DNA of 995 nucleotides from Escherichia coli (lineage in GTDB: Bacteria; Pseudomonadota; Gammaproteobacteria; Enterobacterales; Enterobacteriaceae). This document shows, piece by piece, positions 1 through 995 of the stretch (position 1 is the first letter of the stretch; each line of letters begins with the position of its first letter). The position numbers were made by a program, and so were the translations under genes. Location of the stretch: the NCBI RefSeq assembly GCF_003334355.1, contig NZ_QOWP01000099.1; one strand, given 5' to 3'. The notes under the pieces are model-generated. The model searched no databases. It was not told where the DNA came from and saw only the letters and a list, made by a program, of their open reading frames with translations.

Positions 1-995
<995 letters not shown>

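Overview
The whole 995-bp window is an internal fragment of one gene: tuf, encoding translation elongation factor EF-Tu, on the + strand in frame 1 (codons start at nt 1, 4, 7 ...). The frame is open from nt 1 to 995 with no start or stop codon, so the CDS is truncated at both ends. The translation ([47 protein letters not shown] ... [50 protein letters not shown] ... [63 protein letters not shown]) matches, from memory, Escherichia coli-type EF-Tu from about Ala46 to Ala376 (Met = 1 numbering). The window holds no intergenic DNA, RNA gene, mobile element, CRISPR array or promoter/terminator that I can support. The single ORF in the supplied track (692..880, +) is an out-of-frame artefact inside tuf. 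I see no evidence of a novel or undescribed system here: this is a core housekeeping gene of an enterobacterium (Escherichia/Shigella/Salmonella-like). The findings below are modest, known-biology observations tied to specific codons.
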